This document shows positions 1 through 13,030 of a DNA stretch of 64,000 nt, piece after piece. Where the stretch lies: assembly GCF_009914755.1 (NCBI RefSeq), contig NC_060942.1, one strand, 5' to 3'. Position numbers and translations under genes: made by a program. The notes under the pieces are model-generated. The model was not told where the DNA came from and did no database searches. It was given only the letters and a program-made list of their open reading frames with translations. The stretch is from the human T2T-CHM13v2.0 reference genome, Homo sapiens. Every line of letters begins with the position of its first letter. Position 1 is the stretch's first letter.

Positions 1-2691
1 CAACTGTGCTCAGACCAAATTTGGACTTTCTAAGGCAGCCTGGAATAAAACTTTAAATTTAAATTTAAAAACTGAGCAATTAAAAATTTAAAACTATGAA
101 GCCAGGGTAATAAAATGTGGAAGTATCATTGGATATACCATGGGAGGGAGACAGATTTTGCATTGTAAGTCAATACAAGGTACTAAAAAGAAAAACAGAA
201 AAGAAAAATTTCAGAAAAACAAAACATAATCTAGAGGTGAGATAACATATTACCTAAAATATTCAGTTCTTAACAAAAGAAAATGAGTCATGAAAAAACA
301 AGAAAGTGTGAACCATACTCACTAGAAGTTAACTTTAAGTGGATCCAGATATTGGATTTAGCAGACAAATACATCAAAGCAATTAAACAAAAGTATAATC
401 ATAATGAATCAATCAACGGGAATTCACAAAAGAGGAATTAAAACTATAAAAAGAAATAAATAAAAATTCTACAGTTTGCAATTTATATAACTGAAATGAA
501 AGTTTTACTATATGGGCTCAAAAGTGGATTTGAGATGGCAGAAGAGAATTAGCTGAAAGATCAATCAATATAAACTTTCCAATCCAAAGAACAAAAAGGG
601 AAAAAAAAATTTAATGAGCAGAACCATAGAGTATTCTGAAGAAAGGTCAAAATAGATCTTACAAAAATGGTAAGAAATTATAGCCCAAAACTTTCTAAAT
701 TAGATGAAAATCACATATATCTAAAGATCCAAGAGTCTAGTGAACTCTGGGTAAAATAAACACAGATATCCAAGCCTAGGCATATCTTAGTGAAACTACT
801 GAAAAGCAAATCAACTTATAATGAATGGAGAACAACAATATGATTAAGAGCTGATTTCTCAACAGAAAAAAATAGAGGCTTAAAGGAATTGGAATGACAT
901 AATCAATCTTCCAAAAGGAAGAATTAAAAAAAACCCTGTCAACCAAGAATTCTATATATAAAAAACTATCCTTTAAAAAAAGAATGTGAAAAAAGACAGA
1001 ACAAAAGTGAAATAATTTGTTGATAAAAGATGTATCTTATAAGAAATTCTAAAGGAATTGTTTCAGGCTGAAAAAAAAAATACCATATGATAACTTGAAT
1101 GCAGAAGAAGGAATGAAGAGCACCAGAAATGGTATCTACAGATAAATATTAAATAAAGTATATTTTTTCATTAATTATTTTGATTTTTTAAATAGATAAA
1201 AATGTTTAAAGTCAAAATTATAACAATGTATTGTTGGGTTTATAATATAATTAACATAATATGTATAAAAATAGTAGAACAAAGGAAGGGAAAGGAAATA
1301 AGCTATAGTAAATAGTTAATATATCTTACTAAAATAAGCCAGTGTTTACCTAAAGGAGATTACAAAAAATAAAAATGCATATTATAAACTTTAGAGGAAT
1401 TATTTTTTAATTAAAAATATATAGATAAAAATTCCAAAGTATAATGGAACCTTAAATATTCTTTAGTTAACACAAAGAAGATGGTAGAGAAGGAACAGAA
1501 TAACAAAAAGTGACATGAAATGTATAGAAAACAAATATCAAAGTGACATATATAAATGTAACCAAACAACAATTACATTAAATGTGAATGGACTAAACAT
1601 TTCAATCAAAAGGCAGAGATTGACAAACTGGATTTGAAAACTAAGATCTAACTATATGCTATATATAAAAGGCATTCTTTAGATTCAAAGACACAAATAG
1701 GTCCAAAATGAAGAAGCAGAAAAAAGAAGGATCTTTCATAATCATAAAAGGGTTACTATATACATTAGGAAGATATAATAATTATAAATGTGTATGCACC
1801 TAACAAGGGAGCCTACAAATATATAAAGCAGAAAAATAAGAGAACTAAATGGAGAAATAGACAACAACTATAGCTACAGGTTTCAGTAATTTCAAAAACT
1901 GATAGAACAACTAAGCAGAAAATCAAGAACATAGAAGACTACCAACCTATTTGACCTAACTGAAATGTACAGAATATTTTAACCCAAAATAGAAGAATAT
2001 TCTTTCTTTTTAAATGCACATGAAACATTCTCAAAAATAGACTATGTCTTAGTCCATAATCAAAATGCTGAAATTATACAAAACATGTATTACGAATTCA
2101 ATTTATTTAAATTAGAAATCAACAAAAGAGGGAAACACAGCAAATTCTCACATATTTGGAAAATAAAGAACACACTTTTAAGTAGCAAATAGGTCAAAGA
2201 AGATATCAAAATTAAATTTTAAACTATAAAATTAATGAAAATACTGTACAACATATCCAAATTCATTGAATAGAGTATCTAAAGAAAACTTACTACTTTA
2301 TATGTTTATATTAGAAAGGAAGAAAGATCTAAAAAAATCTAAATTTCCACTTCAGAAAGCCAAAAAAAGAAGAACAAGTGATGCACAAAGTAAACAGAAG
2401 GAAGAAAATAAAATTGGAGTGGAAAACAATGAAATAGAAAACAGAAAAACAATAGAGGAAATTAATCAAACCAAAAGTTGGCTCTTTGAAAAGTTCAACA
2501 AAATTGATAAACCTTAACTAGATTGAAAAAAAAAAAAGAAGAGACAAAAGACAAAATTACCAAAAGAAAAAAAGGGCCATCCCTAAGACCCTAAATAAAT
2601 TAAAAGTATTTTAAGGGACTATTATGAACAACTTTATGCCAACAAACTATTCAACTTAGATGAAATGAGCAAATTTTTATGGGGGTTATCA

Positions 2692-3147
<456 letters not shown>

Positions 3148-3255
3148 TTACCAACCCTAAACAAATGCTTTCAGAAATTAGGAAAAGAGAAAAAATTTTC
3201 TAACTTATTTATTGAGCCAGTATTTCCATGATAACAAAACTAAAGACTTTCTTAA

Positions 3256-3670
3256 TTTTTATTTTTTAATTGACACATATTTATTGTACATATTTCTGTG
3301 GTACATGTGATATTTTGATTCATGTGTACAGCGTAATTAACATATCAGTCACCTTTTGACAAAGATGCCTTTATGAAAAATCAGTCGGCTGTAATTGCAT
3401 GGATTTATTTCTGGATTCTCTATTCTGTCCCATTGTTCTATGTGTCTGTATTTGTGCCAATACTATATGTTACTAGTCTAGCTTTATAGTATATTTTGAA
3501 ATAAGGTATTGCAATGCTTCCAGCTTTGTTTCTTTTTGCTCAGGATTGCTCTGGCTATTTGGGGTCTTTTGTGGTTCTATATAAATTCAGGGGTTTTTCT
3601 CTATTTCTGTGAAGAATGTCATTGGCATTTTCATAGAAATTGCATTAAATCTATAGATTTAGTAGTAGAG
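3256..3670 (-). mobile_element. Internally deleted L1MA-type fragment inserted antisense in the old L1
   Basis: T-rich L1MA 3' tip ('ttttaattgacacatatttattgtacatatt') joined to antisense ORF2 sequence ('cagctttgtttctttttgctcaggattgct'). Flanked by TSD aaagacttt(c/t)ttaa at 3242-3255 and 3671-3684. Confidence 0.85.
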
Positions 3671-5625
3671 AAAGACTTTTTTAAAATAAAAATTACAAAC
3701 CAATATCTCTCATAAATACAGACACAAAAATCCTTTATAAAATATTAGCAGAACAAATCCAGAAATATATGAAACAGAGCACACACCTTGACCAAGTTCT
3801 CCTAGGAGTTCTCCCAGGAATGCAAGTTTGGTTTAACATCTGAAAATTAATTAGTGTGATGTACCATATTAATATTAATAGATATAAGGACAAAAGCCCC
3901 ATGATCTCTCAATCAATTCAGAAAAGACATATGACAAAATCCAACATCGTTTCAAGATAAAAACACTCAATAAACTAAGAACAGAAAGGAAATTCTTCAA
4001 CATGATAAAGGAAATCTATGAAAAACTTATAGCTAACATCATACTTAATGGTGAAAGAAGGTTGGAAACGAGGCCACATTGTCTGCTCTCATCATGTTGC
4101 AAATAACATGATTGTATAGGTAGACAACCCTAAGGAATCTACAATTTTAAAAACTTCTATAACTAATAAGTTTGGAAGATCACAGAATACAATATCAATG
4201 CACAAAAAGCAGTTGAATGTCTGCATACAAGCAATGATGATGCAATTAAGGAAGCAATTACATTTGCATGTCATCAGAAAATGAAGTATTTAGAAAAAAA
4301 GTTAACAGAAGATTAAGACAAACCTCTGAAAACTATAAAACAGTTTTTTCACAGAGCAAAATTTAAGATCATCTTAAAAAATGGAGAACTAGTCCACATT
4401 CAAGGATTAGACTAGATATTGTTTAAAAGGTAATTTTCTAAAGAACAGCAGGATATTCACGCACAAAATAAAAGAACTCGCACTGTTACCTCACATTATA
4501 TCCTTTCCTCACATACCCCCACACACCACAGACCAAAGTAACACAAAATAAATTGTAGGCCTAAATGTAAGGACTAAGTTATAAAACTTGCGAGAGAACA
4601 CAGTCTTAGGTAAACAAAAATATCTTTAATAAGACATCAAAAACATGATCCATGGCAGAAAGAATTAAAATTTGAAATAAATTGGACCTTGTCAAAATTT
4701 AAAACAATCTTCAAATGACATCATTAAGAAAATGAAAACATAAGCTACAGGACAGGAGAAAATAATTGTAAATCATATATCTGAAAGAATATATTTAAGG
4801 AAAAACAAAAGCTCTTACAATTCAATAACAAGAAAATCACTTAGTTAAAAAACAAATGGGCAAAAGATTGGAATAGACATTCACCAAAGAAGATATGTGG
4901 ATAGCTAATAAACGCATGAAAAGATACTCATCATCATTAGTTATTGCACAAAAAATTAGAATCACGAACATATACCATTGTACACACACAGTAGAATATC
5001 TCTAATCAGAAACACTGGCAATATCAAGTGTTGGCAATGATGCTGAAAAACTGAAACTCTCATACATTGCTGGTGAAAATACAAAATGGTACAGCCTCTT
5101 TAAAAAACAGTTTGGTGGTTTCTTTTAAAAGTGTAAAGCATAACTATGTCATATAACACAACAATTTCAATCCTAGGTCTCTAGCCAAGAGAAATAAAAG
5201 CATTTGTCCTTAAAGACTTCTACATGAATATTCATAGCCTAGGTATTCATAATAGCCAAAAACTGGAAACAATCCGAATGTCTATCAACTGGTATGTACA
5301 TAGGTAAAATGGAATTATACTAACAATAAAAAGTAACAAACTACTGCTATGTGCTGCAGTATGGATAAACCTTGAAAGAGATCCTAAAAACTAGATATTG
5401 TATGACTTTATTTAAATCATAAATTTAAGGGTTTTGTTTAAAAAAAAAAAACCAAAAGTACATCAGAGAAACCAAAAGTACATCAGTGGTTGCCTGGGGT
5501 TGGGGGTGGGAGCAGTGATTGATTGCAAATGCACACAAGGGAAGTTTTGAGAGTGATAGACTGTCCTAAAACTGGATTCAAATTTGGTTTGTTTACGGCG
5601 ATTGGATTCTATAGTAAAGAAATTA

Positions 5626-5853
<228 letters not shown>

Positions 5854-6139
5854 TTATCACAATTCAATATTTATTGAAGATCATTATTAACCAGATATGT
5901 ACCTTACTACTTAGAGTAGGAGGCTTGGCTATTACATAGTTTTACTATAACATAAACTATGTAGTAAACTATGAGTAGTATAATATAGTAGAGAAAATTG
6001 AAGTCCTAGAAGATAGAGGTAATGCATCTTGTCTTGGAACTAACTCTGAGGAACACATATGAAAGGTACATGATAGTCAAAAATGTTTCCCTAGTCATCA
6101 CCATTATATTTCCATTGACCCCTAAAGTATTTTAAGCAA

Positions 6140-6410
6140 ATGACAATGAAACTTTGGATTACTTTTTTATGCTCCTGATGAGTAACAGAGTGAAGCAAAA
6201 TGTCATCCCAGTGGCCCCAGGAGAAAAATGCACCTATGGTTACTTTGCTGCTTTGAGTCTTGCTGCCACTGATTTGTTCTAGGACTCTTTCCATCTAAAC
6301 TTAACCACTCATCACTCTCAACCCAAGTAGCAACTTTAGAGCCATTTTAGGGTGCTGAGACTTGGGGGTTTTTGCTACCAGAGTATAACCTAGCTAAGCC
6401 TAATGATACA
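6140..6410 (+). mobile_element. MaLR LTR fragment (MLT1-like)
   Basis: MLT1-style 3' end 'gagacttgggggtttttgctaccagagtataacctagctaagcctaatgataca'. Confidence 0.5.
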
Positions 6411-8469
6411 CTCTCTCCGTAAAGAGACTATAAATATATTCTTTTTTGCTACTGAGCCTATTCTGAAGGACCTACCCAGAATAAACTGTGAACAGCTGCC
6501 AAGTCAGTCATGTCTTCCAAATAAACCCTGGCGATCAATGGAGCTGTAAATGTCATCACTAAATTACTTCCACTCCAACACCAGAATTATAATCCCCAGC
6601 TCAGAAAGTGAAAGATCAGACTATAGTGAGGGACTATGATTTGGACACAGCTCTCTGGATTTCTCAATGAATAGCTTATATCTGTTCCAGCTACTTTGCC
6701 TAAAATCCTCTTCCTCAGTCCTCAAACATCTCTCCAATCAGTGAAAGCCTTGCAGAAGGTTTTTATCTTTTCTGTTTTTCAATCTTAATTGAAAGAGAAC
6801 TCACAGAGAAGTAGGAGTATATTTTCTGGGTTTTGCAAGGGCTGCTTTCACCATCATAAAATGAAAATTATTATCATTCTTACATACACTTTACACAATT
6901 TAACATAGAATCAACAGAAATCCAAAATACTAAACTCGGAGCCAGAGATATTCATAGTTAATGAAATTAAAGAGTATGACAACTAAGAATTACTTTCTCA
7001 TTTGTGCTCATTTAGACAAACCTGTTCAATATGGAGTAGGCATTGCTTCGTGGTTTTGGCACTAAATGATTTTAAGAGCTTTGTGTATTAATAATGAAAA
7101 AATCTCTTTTCTGTTACTTCATTATTAAAACTCTCTTTTTGTTTTTTTCTTTTCAAATCTACCTAAACCTAGCAAGTAAAAGACTCTATATACTGATGAT
7201 GAATGAAAGCCATCTCAGTGAAGGTCACATTTAGAATGAAAACATTCAATTGTTGAAAGTTTCTTTCCTCTGAAAATACTGTAGAAGAATTTCAACATTA
7301 CAGTTTGAATGACAATCATTATTCTACTTTGCAAATTACATAAAATTTCTGTAGAATGACAACCAAGGTCAACAGCTTCTTTGCACAATCCAAGAATAAA
7401 AATTAAACCCTAACATTATAGCATTTTAGACAGAAGGAAAACATAAAAAGCTTTCTGTAATATGTTTTAAGTTTTAAAAAACTTTATAAACTATAAAAAC
7501 TCAACAAATTTTGAGACATCCAGCTGTTTCTTGAAGGGAATTCAACATATTTCCTTGAGGATTTTGTATTATATGAAAGCATTACTTCCTGTTTCTTCAT
7601 AAAATCTAGGAAAATCTTTCTAATTCCAATTGGAAACTCTTCTTCATTTCACTACCGCTCAATTAAAAAGAAATGATGACTTATGAAATTGTGTTTGGTT
7701 TTATTTACATTAATCAACAATGATCCTAAGTAAGTTCTTGCTCTTCTAAAGTTTATACTGTGTTTCACATACTATTTTTCTTCTCTGATGTAATAAATAT
7801 TTATACCTAATTTATTTTTACATTATGTTATACCCTTTTCCTACCATTTAGGAATCCATCTTATCATTATTAGAAGAGGTTCTTTTCTCAACCACCTCTA
7901 TTATAGACTTCAATCAACACATTTATTTCTCAGATTTCTTTTTAGCCTCCCTTGACCAAGAACAACAATGTTTTAAGTAAAATAACCCTTTTTTATTAAT
8001 GTTGTGATGACCAAGTAATGTTCAGCTTGAATATTATATCTTATATTACACACATCTTGTATTTGATAATCGAGACTCAAGTTTAGCACCTTTTTTATAA
8101 TTGGTTAAACAAGAAACAATTAGCAAAATCAGTAATTAGAACACTGATTTTTGGAATTAGCTATAGGAAACAGAGAATCTCCATGTCTTCAGCCCTTCTC
8201 TCAACCTTTCTGTATTTCCACATGCCTGTCCCTTTTTAGTCTTGTCTGATGATTAATTATAATAGCCCAATAAAGAAATGGCAGATTGCATTAGGTTATG
8301 CAGAACCAAAGAGGTCTGGAAAAAACAGAGCGTGATCCATACCTACACGAGTTCTCAGATGATATCACATATTGCCAAGAAATATTACTACATTAATACC
8401 ACAACAACATGAAAATTATCAGTAAAAGCCACTAATACACAGCAAAAATCCAAACCTAAGGCTTATTCA

Positions 8470-8537
8470 TGTGTGGGGTGTGGATGTGTGTGCATGTATG
8501 TGTGTGTGCATGTGTGTGTGTCTGTGTGTTTCTGTGT
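8470..8537. repeat. Imperfect (GT)n microsatellite
   Basis: gtgtgtgcatgtatgtgtgtgtgcatgtgtgtgtgtctgtgtgt. Confidence 0.85.
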
Positions 8538-10287
8538 AGAAGAGAGACATGCGAGAGGTCAAAAATAGAGAAATGAGAAAGAAAAGGATAAAAGATAGAT
8601 GATAGAAAGCCAAAGACCATTTCCCTTGTTCAGAACTGATCTCTTCCCGTGGAACCAGAGAGCTTTTGAGACTGGAAAATATGGGAAAATAGGCATTTTA
8701 CAACGAGGCCCCGTCACCTCCAGAAGTGTCTCGATAATGAAGAGCGCTCCGGCACTGCTGTAATCCCCATCCTGGGCAGCTTTCATCTCCCTGCTAAGAC
8801 TGCATGGTCTCGGGTTATTTTTAGTGGTCTGCTTCCTTCTTTAACTTAATTTTGTGGTGATGTGAATAGAAAGTTTATACAGATGATCAAAGGAAGAGAT
8901 CTTTAAAAGGCTGAAACCCTGCTGAGCATAAACAAAAAGAATTTTTGTCAGTATCCATGGTAGTTCTCTGTGACTTTAAAAAAAATAGCAGCAGCTAAGA
9001 CATACATTTCAAGCGATGAGAAGCAGGTTTGCAACTGAACTGCCTTGATCAACTTCTAAATTAATATTTTATGTGACAGGGAAGTATGCTCTCTTCTCCA
9101 GCCCAATCTGGGAACTTATTACTAGCTTTCCGCATGAGACCAGCTGGAAGCTCAGGCATGAAGGTAGAGGAATTGTCCCTGGCTATTGTCTATCAAAGCC
9201 TCCTCTTATAGCAGCAGCTGTAAACCGGCAGATGTGGAGCAAAATAAATCCAATTCAGATTTTCTTCCCTAATCTATATATCCCTCTAAGGGAAATGGCC
9301 TGCATATCAGTAAAACCAAGCTGGAAAAATGTCCTATTGTTTCATCAGCCTCCAGTTAATAAACAAGATTTTAAAAAATCATTTTCACCAACACAACCCT
9401 GCACTGTCCCAAGGGACCTGCCCTGAAGGACCTTCAAAAGGTGACTGTAAGAGTGAGTTTCTACCTTTGGGCTGAAATGTGGTGAATGGGCCAGTGTCTT
9501 TGGAAGGCTCCATTCTAAGCAGCACCTTGCACACCACAAGGCTGCACAGATGGCATTCCTCTGCCACTCTTCTCAAACCTACAGGCCTCCAACCTCTCTT
9601 CTTCCCCAGAAGCTCTGAGTGCCTGACCAGAGGTTACTTACGTCCACTGGATAGTTCCTTATGGAGATAAAAAATAAAAGAGAAAATATAAAGGGGAAAA
9701 GTGGCAGAATTGGAAAACTCATTTGTTTCCTCAAACCTCAAAGCATGACCACCCAGAAAGAGGTTGAATTGAGAAAATAATAACAAAGAAAATTTTACTG
9801 GAAATGAGGGTGAGTAGGGGACAGAGAAAGGAAGCTCAGTCTAAAAAAGAATCTATCTAGCACCTTTTCAAATAATTCTATAAATGTCCTTCCAGAATGA
9901 CTAAACCGGAAAGGAAATGTCTCCCCGACCCCTTGCTGGTTAATATTTAATGTTTGTTTAACACCCTGCACAAGCTTTCTGCTGTTCTGTAACATTTGAG
10001 AAAGGAATTACACACTGATCATAATATATTGTTTAAATTATATGCATACCTAAAGTTTTCAGTTATAACTAAAATAGAAAATGTGACTGAGAATTTTTTT
10101 AATTGCTAGAAGATAGATTACACAGGTGCATTCATCACTGCGTTAGGCTTTTTTGTTGTTGTTGTCATTGTTTTTACTATAGCATAGCACTTTCAGAGGT
10201 GGAGGCTCAGGAAAGGCCTTCTAATGTGACAGTTTTCAGGCAATAAAATGGGACTCTTCCAGAAGAGACATTCTTGCATATTAAAGA

Positions 10288-10600
10288 CTGTGCATGTGTC
10301 AGGGCAGCCGGTACATGGAAAATCTCTGAACCTTCCACTCAATTCTGCTGTGAACCTAAAACTGCTCTGAAAAAAAAATAAAAAATAAAAAAATAAAAAA
10401 CTCTCTAAAAAAAATGGCAGCAACCTTTTGGGAGATACGCAAAACAGATGAATAAATGGATATTAACTTTGCAAACTAGAAAAAGCTGAATCCTAAATTG
10501 TCAATGGAGGAATACTCAGGGCAGTGAATTGCTCTGTATAGTACTCCAATAGTGGCTACATTTGTCCAAACCTATAGAATGTACAACACTAACAGTTAAT
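10288..10600 (+). mobile_element. L1MC 3'-end fragments (rearranged duplicate of 12690-13121)
   Basis: 'ccttccactcaattctgctgtgaacctaaaactgctct' plus A-tail, then 'gggcagtgaattgctctgtat...tttgtccaaacctatagaatgtacaacac'. Confidence 0.85.
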
Positions 10601-10869
10601 CAAAGAACCAGATGGAACATAACAGGGAAGATAGAAACACGTAATTACAAAACACACCCAAAAAGTGGGTAAATGACTAAGAAGAGAAGGAGAAACAAGA
10701 CTAGTTGATGAAGATGTGAGAAAGTAAAAGTATTTGAAAATAACTTTGATTTAAAAGGAGAAAAAATGTAAGAGATTACAAAGTCAGAAACTAAAATGTA
10801 AGCAAACGAAATTCTACATGGAAAAAGGGTTATGACTGTTTTTACGGTTGATTTTTTAACCAATTATGA

Positions 10870-11560
10870 CACCACGTGCCCTTTGTAAAAAATTTAGAAA
10901 ATGCATCAAACTAAATAGAAGTAATAGTATCCATAATCCCACAATTCAAACCAAATATAATAAATATTCAAATGCATTTCTTTCTATATTTTAAACACAT
11001 TTATATAGTTATGAAAAGATGACATTGACAATTTAAATTCTGTTATTATCCCTTAACACAATCACGTGAATCATTTCCCACGTTATTAGAAATGCTATGC
11101 AAATGTTTTTAATTATTATATAATATTTATTGTACAGATATACCATGTTTTATTATCCTTTTTCCATTTGGGGGTATTTATACAGTTTTTCACTATTATA
11201 AGTTGTGCTGCAAATAGCATTTAAGCATCAGTTTTTTAATCTATATTTTAAGTTCTTTCCTTAGGATGGATTTTCTTAAACCATAATATTGCATCAAAGG
11301 GCTTCATTATCAAAGCTATTGGTGCATATTACTAAATTGCATAAGTTTCTAAGATATGCTATCAGAGCCAATGGCAAATCTTCACTCTAGCACCAATTAT
11401 TATCATTTTTTATTTTCCGAATATGTAATTTTAAAAAAAGCTTTCATTCTTATTTTATTTTATATTCCTCTATTAGAAAGCATGAATGTTTTCTCTCCAG
11501 TTGTGTTTTCTTATCTGGTTCCCTCCAGTATTTTGTAAACTGTTGGTTTACTTCGCCAAT
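10870..11560 (-). mobile_element. Ancient L1ME-type 3' remnant
   Basis: Degenerate antisense L1 3' motifs, e.g. 'gtacagatataccatg...cagtttttcactattataagttgtgctgca'. Confidence 0.6.
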
Positions 11561-12689
11561 TAATTTTAACAGATTTGTAGTTTTCCTTATGGGAAACCAT
11601 AAATTTCCTGGTTTTACCATTATGTTGAGAGGGAAAACAACATTATGTCAATTTTGCAAAGAATTTCTAGATGATGCTAGCTTAAAAATATATGGAATTT
11701 TTTATGACCTGAAGGTTATAACAGATAAAATGACGTTCAAGCTAGAGCTAAATATTTAATAAGGAGAAAGATTTTCAGAAATTTCACCCTTTGATGCTAC
11801 CCAGGGCGGTGTCACAAAGTAACCAGAACCAAAGATTAATTGAAGCACATCTATAAAGAACTATTGTTGTAAAATAATTACTACCCTACGTTAAATAATC
11901 CAGAAATTTGAAATTTCATCACTAGAGTAGCCTAGGGATCCCTCTCTGAAAATGTAAATAATGCTAGTAGAAGTAGCACATGTAATAAAAGTGTGTGTGA
12001 TTTGTAAGAGCTGCCTTTCTTCTCATGAGAAAAATCAAGCATGTGGGAAGCATTGGATCCCTGATGGGAGCATGAAAGACACCAAACCTAGGCATATCAC
12101 AGGTAAGAGGCAAATCTCTCTCCGGCAAGCATTTTACCGATTTTTCCTCCTAACTCATAAGCTCCCCTTCTCTCCTTTTCCATCATGGTAATCCACTCTT
12201 TCTTCTTTAGGAGACCTGGGCCCTGGTCCCAATTCTTGCAGGAACAGAAAGAAAAGCTTAACGATGCCACCTCTCCCCCAGGCCTCAGGTTCCTATAAAT
12301 TAAAGATTTGAATAAAATGATCACTTTAAAGTTCTGTAATTTATAAGTGTTGAGGTTTTAATGGTGCTTTGAGGGAAAATAGCAAAATGTTCTATCAACT
12401 GTATTGGTTTTGTTTGAAGGCATAATGTTCACTTTCAATACTTTCTCTTTATGACGATGGAAAATTCTTAAGTGTATTACTGTCTAATCCAAAGCAAAAA
12501 TGAAAAGGTGCTGAAATCTGGCTTTTAACTCTGATATATTGATTTGTTATTTTAAGACTTATGAGACCAAATAAATGTATATTTTCCTGTTTAAAAAAAA
12601 TATTTTCTCAGTCTAGTTATGTAGCAAATTGTTAGCCCCACTAACAGAACTGTAAAGGGGATTTTCTTAAAGAAACCATAAAACAATGG

Positions 12690-13025
12690 CACAAGTTAGT
12701 GGGGAGGGAGAGATATAAATAGAGCACAGAGGATTTTTAGGGCAGTGAAATTGCTCTGTATGGTTCTATAATGGTGGATATATTTGTTCAAACCCATAGA
12801 ATGTACAACACCAAGAGTAAACCCTAAGGGAAACTGTGGGTGATGACAGTGTGTCAATGTACATTCATCAGTTGTAACAAATGTACCACCCTGGTGAAGT
12901 GCTGATAACGGGGAAGATTATGCATGTATTGGGAAAGGGGGTATATGGCAAACCTCTGTACCTTCCACTTAATTTTGCTGTGAACCTAAAACTGCTCTTA
13001 AAAATAAAATCTATTTTAAAAAAAA
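12690..13025 (+). mobile_element. L1MC (MC1-3 like) 3' end
   Basis: 'agcacagaggatttttagggcagtgaaa...gctgtgaacctaaaactgctcttaaaaataaa'. TSD aaaccata (~12673 and ~13023). Confidence 0.88.
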
Positions 13026-13030
13026 CCATA

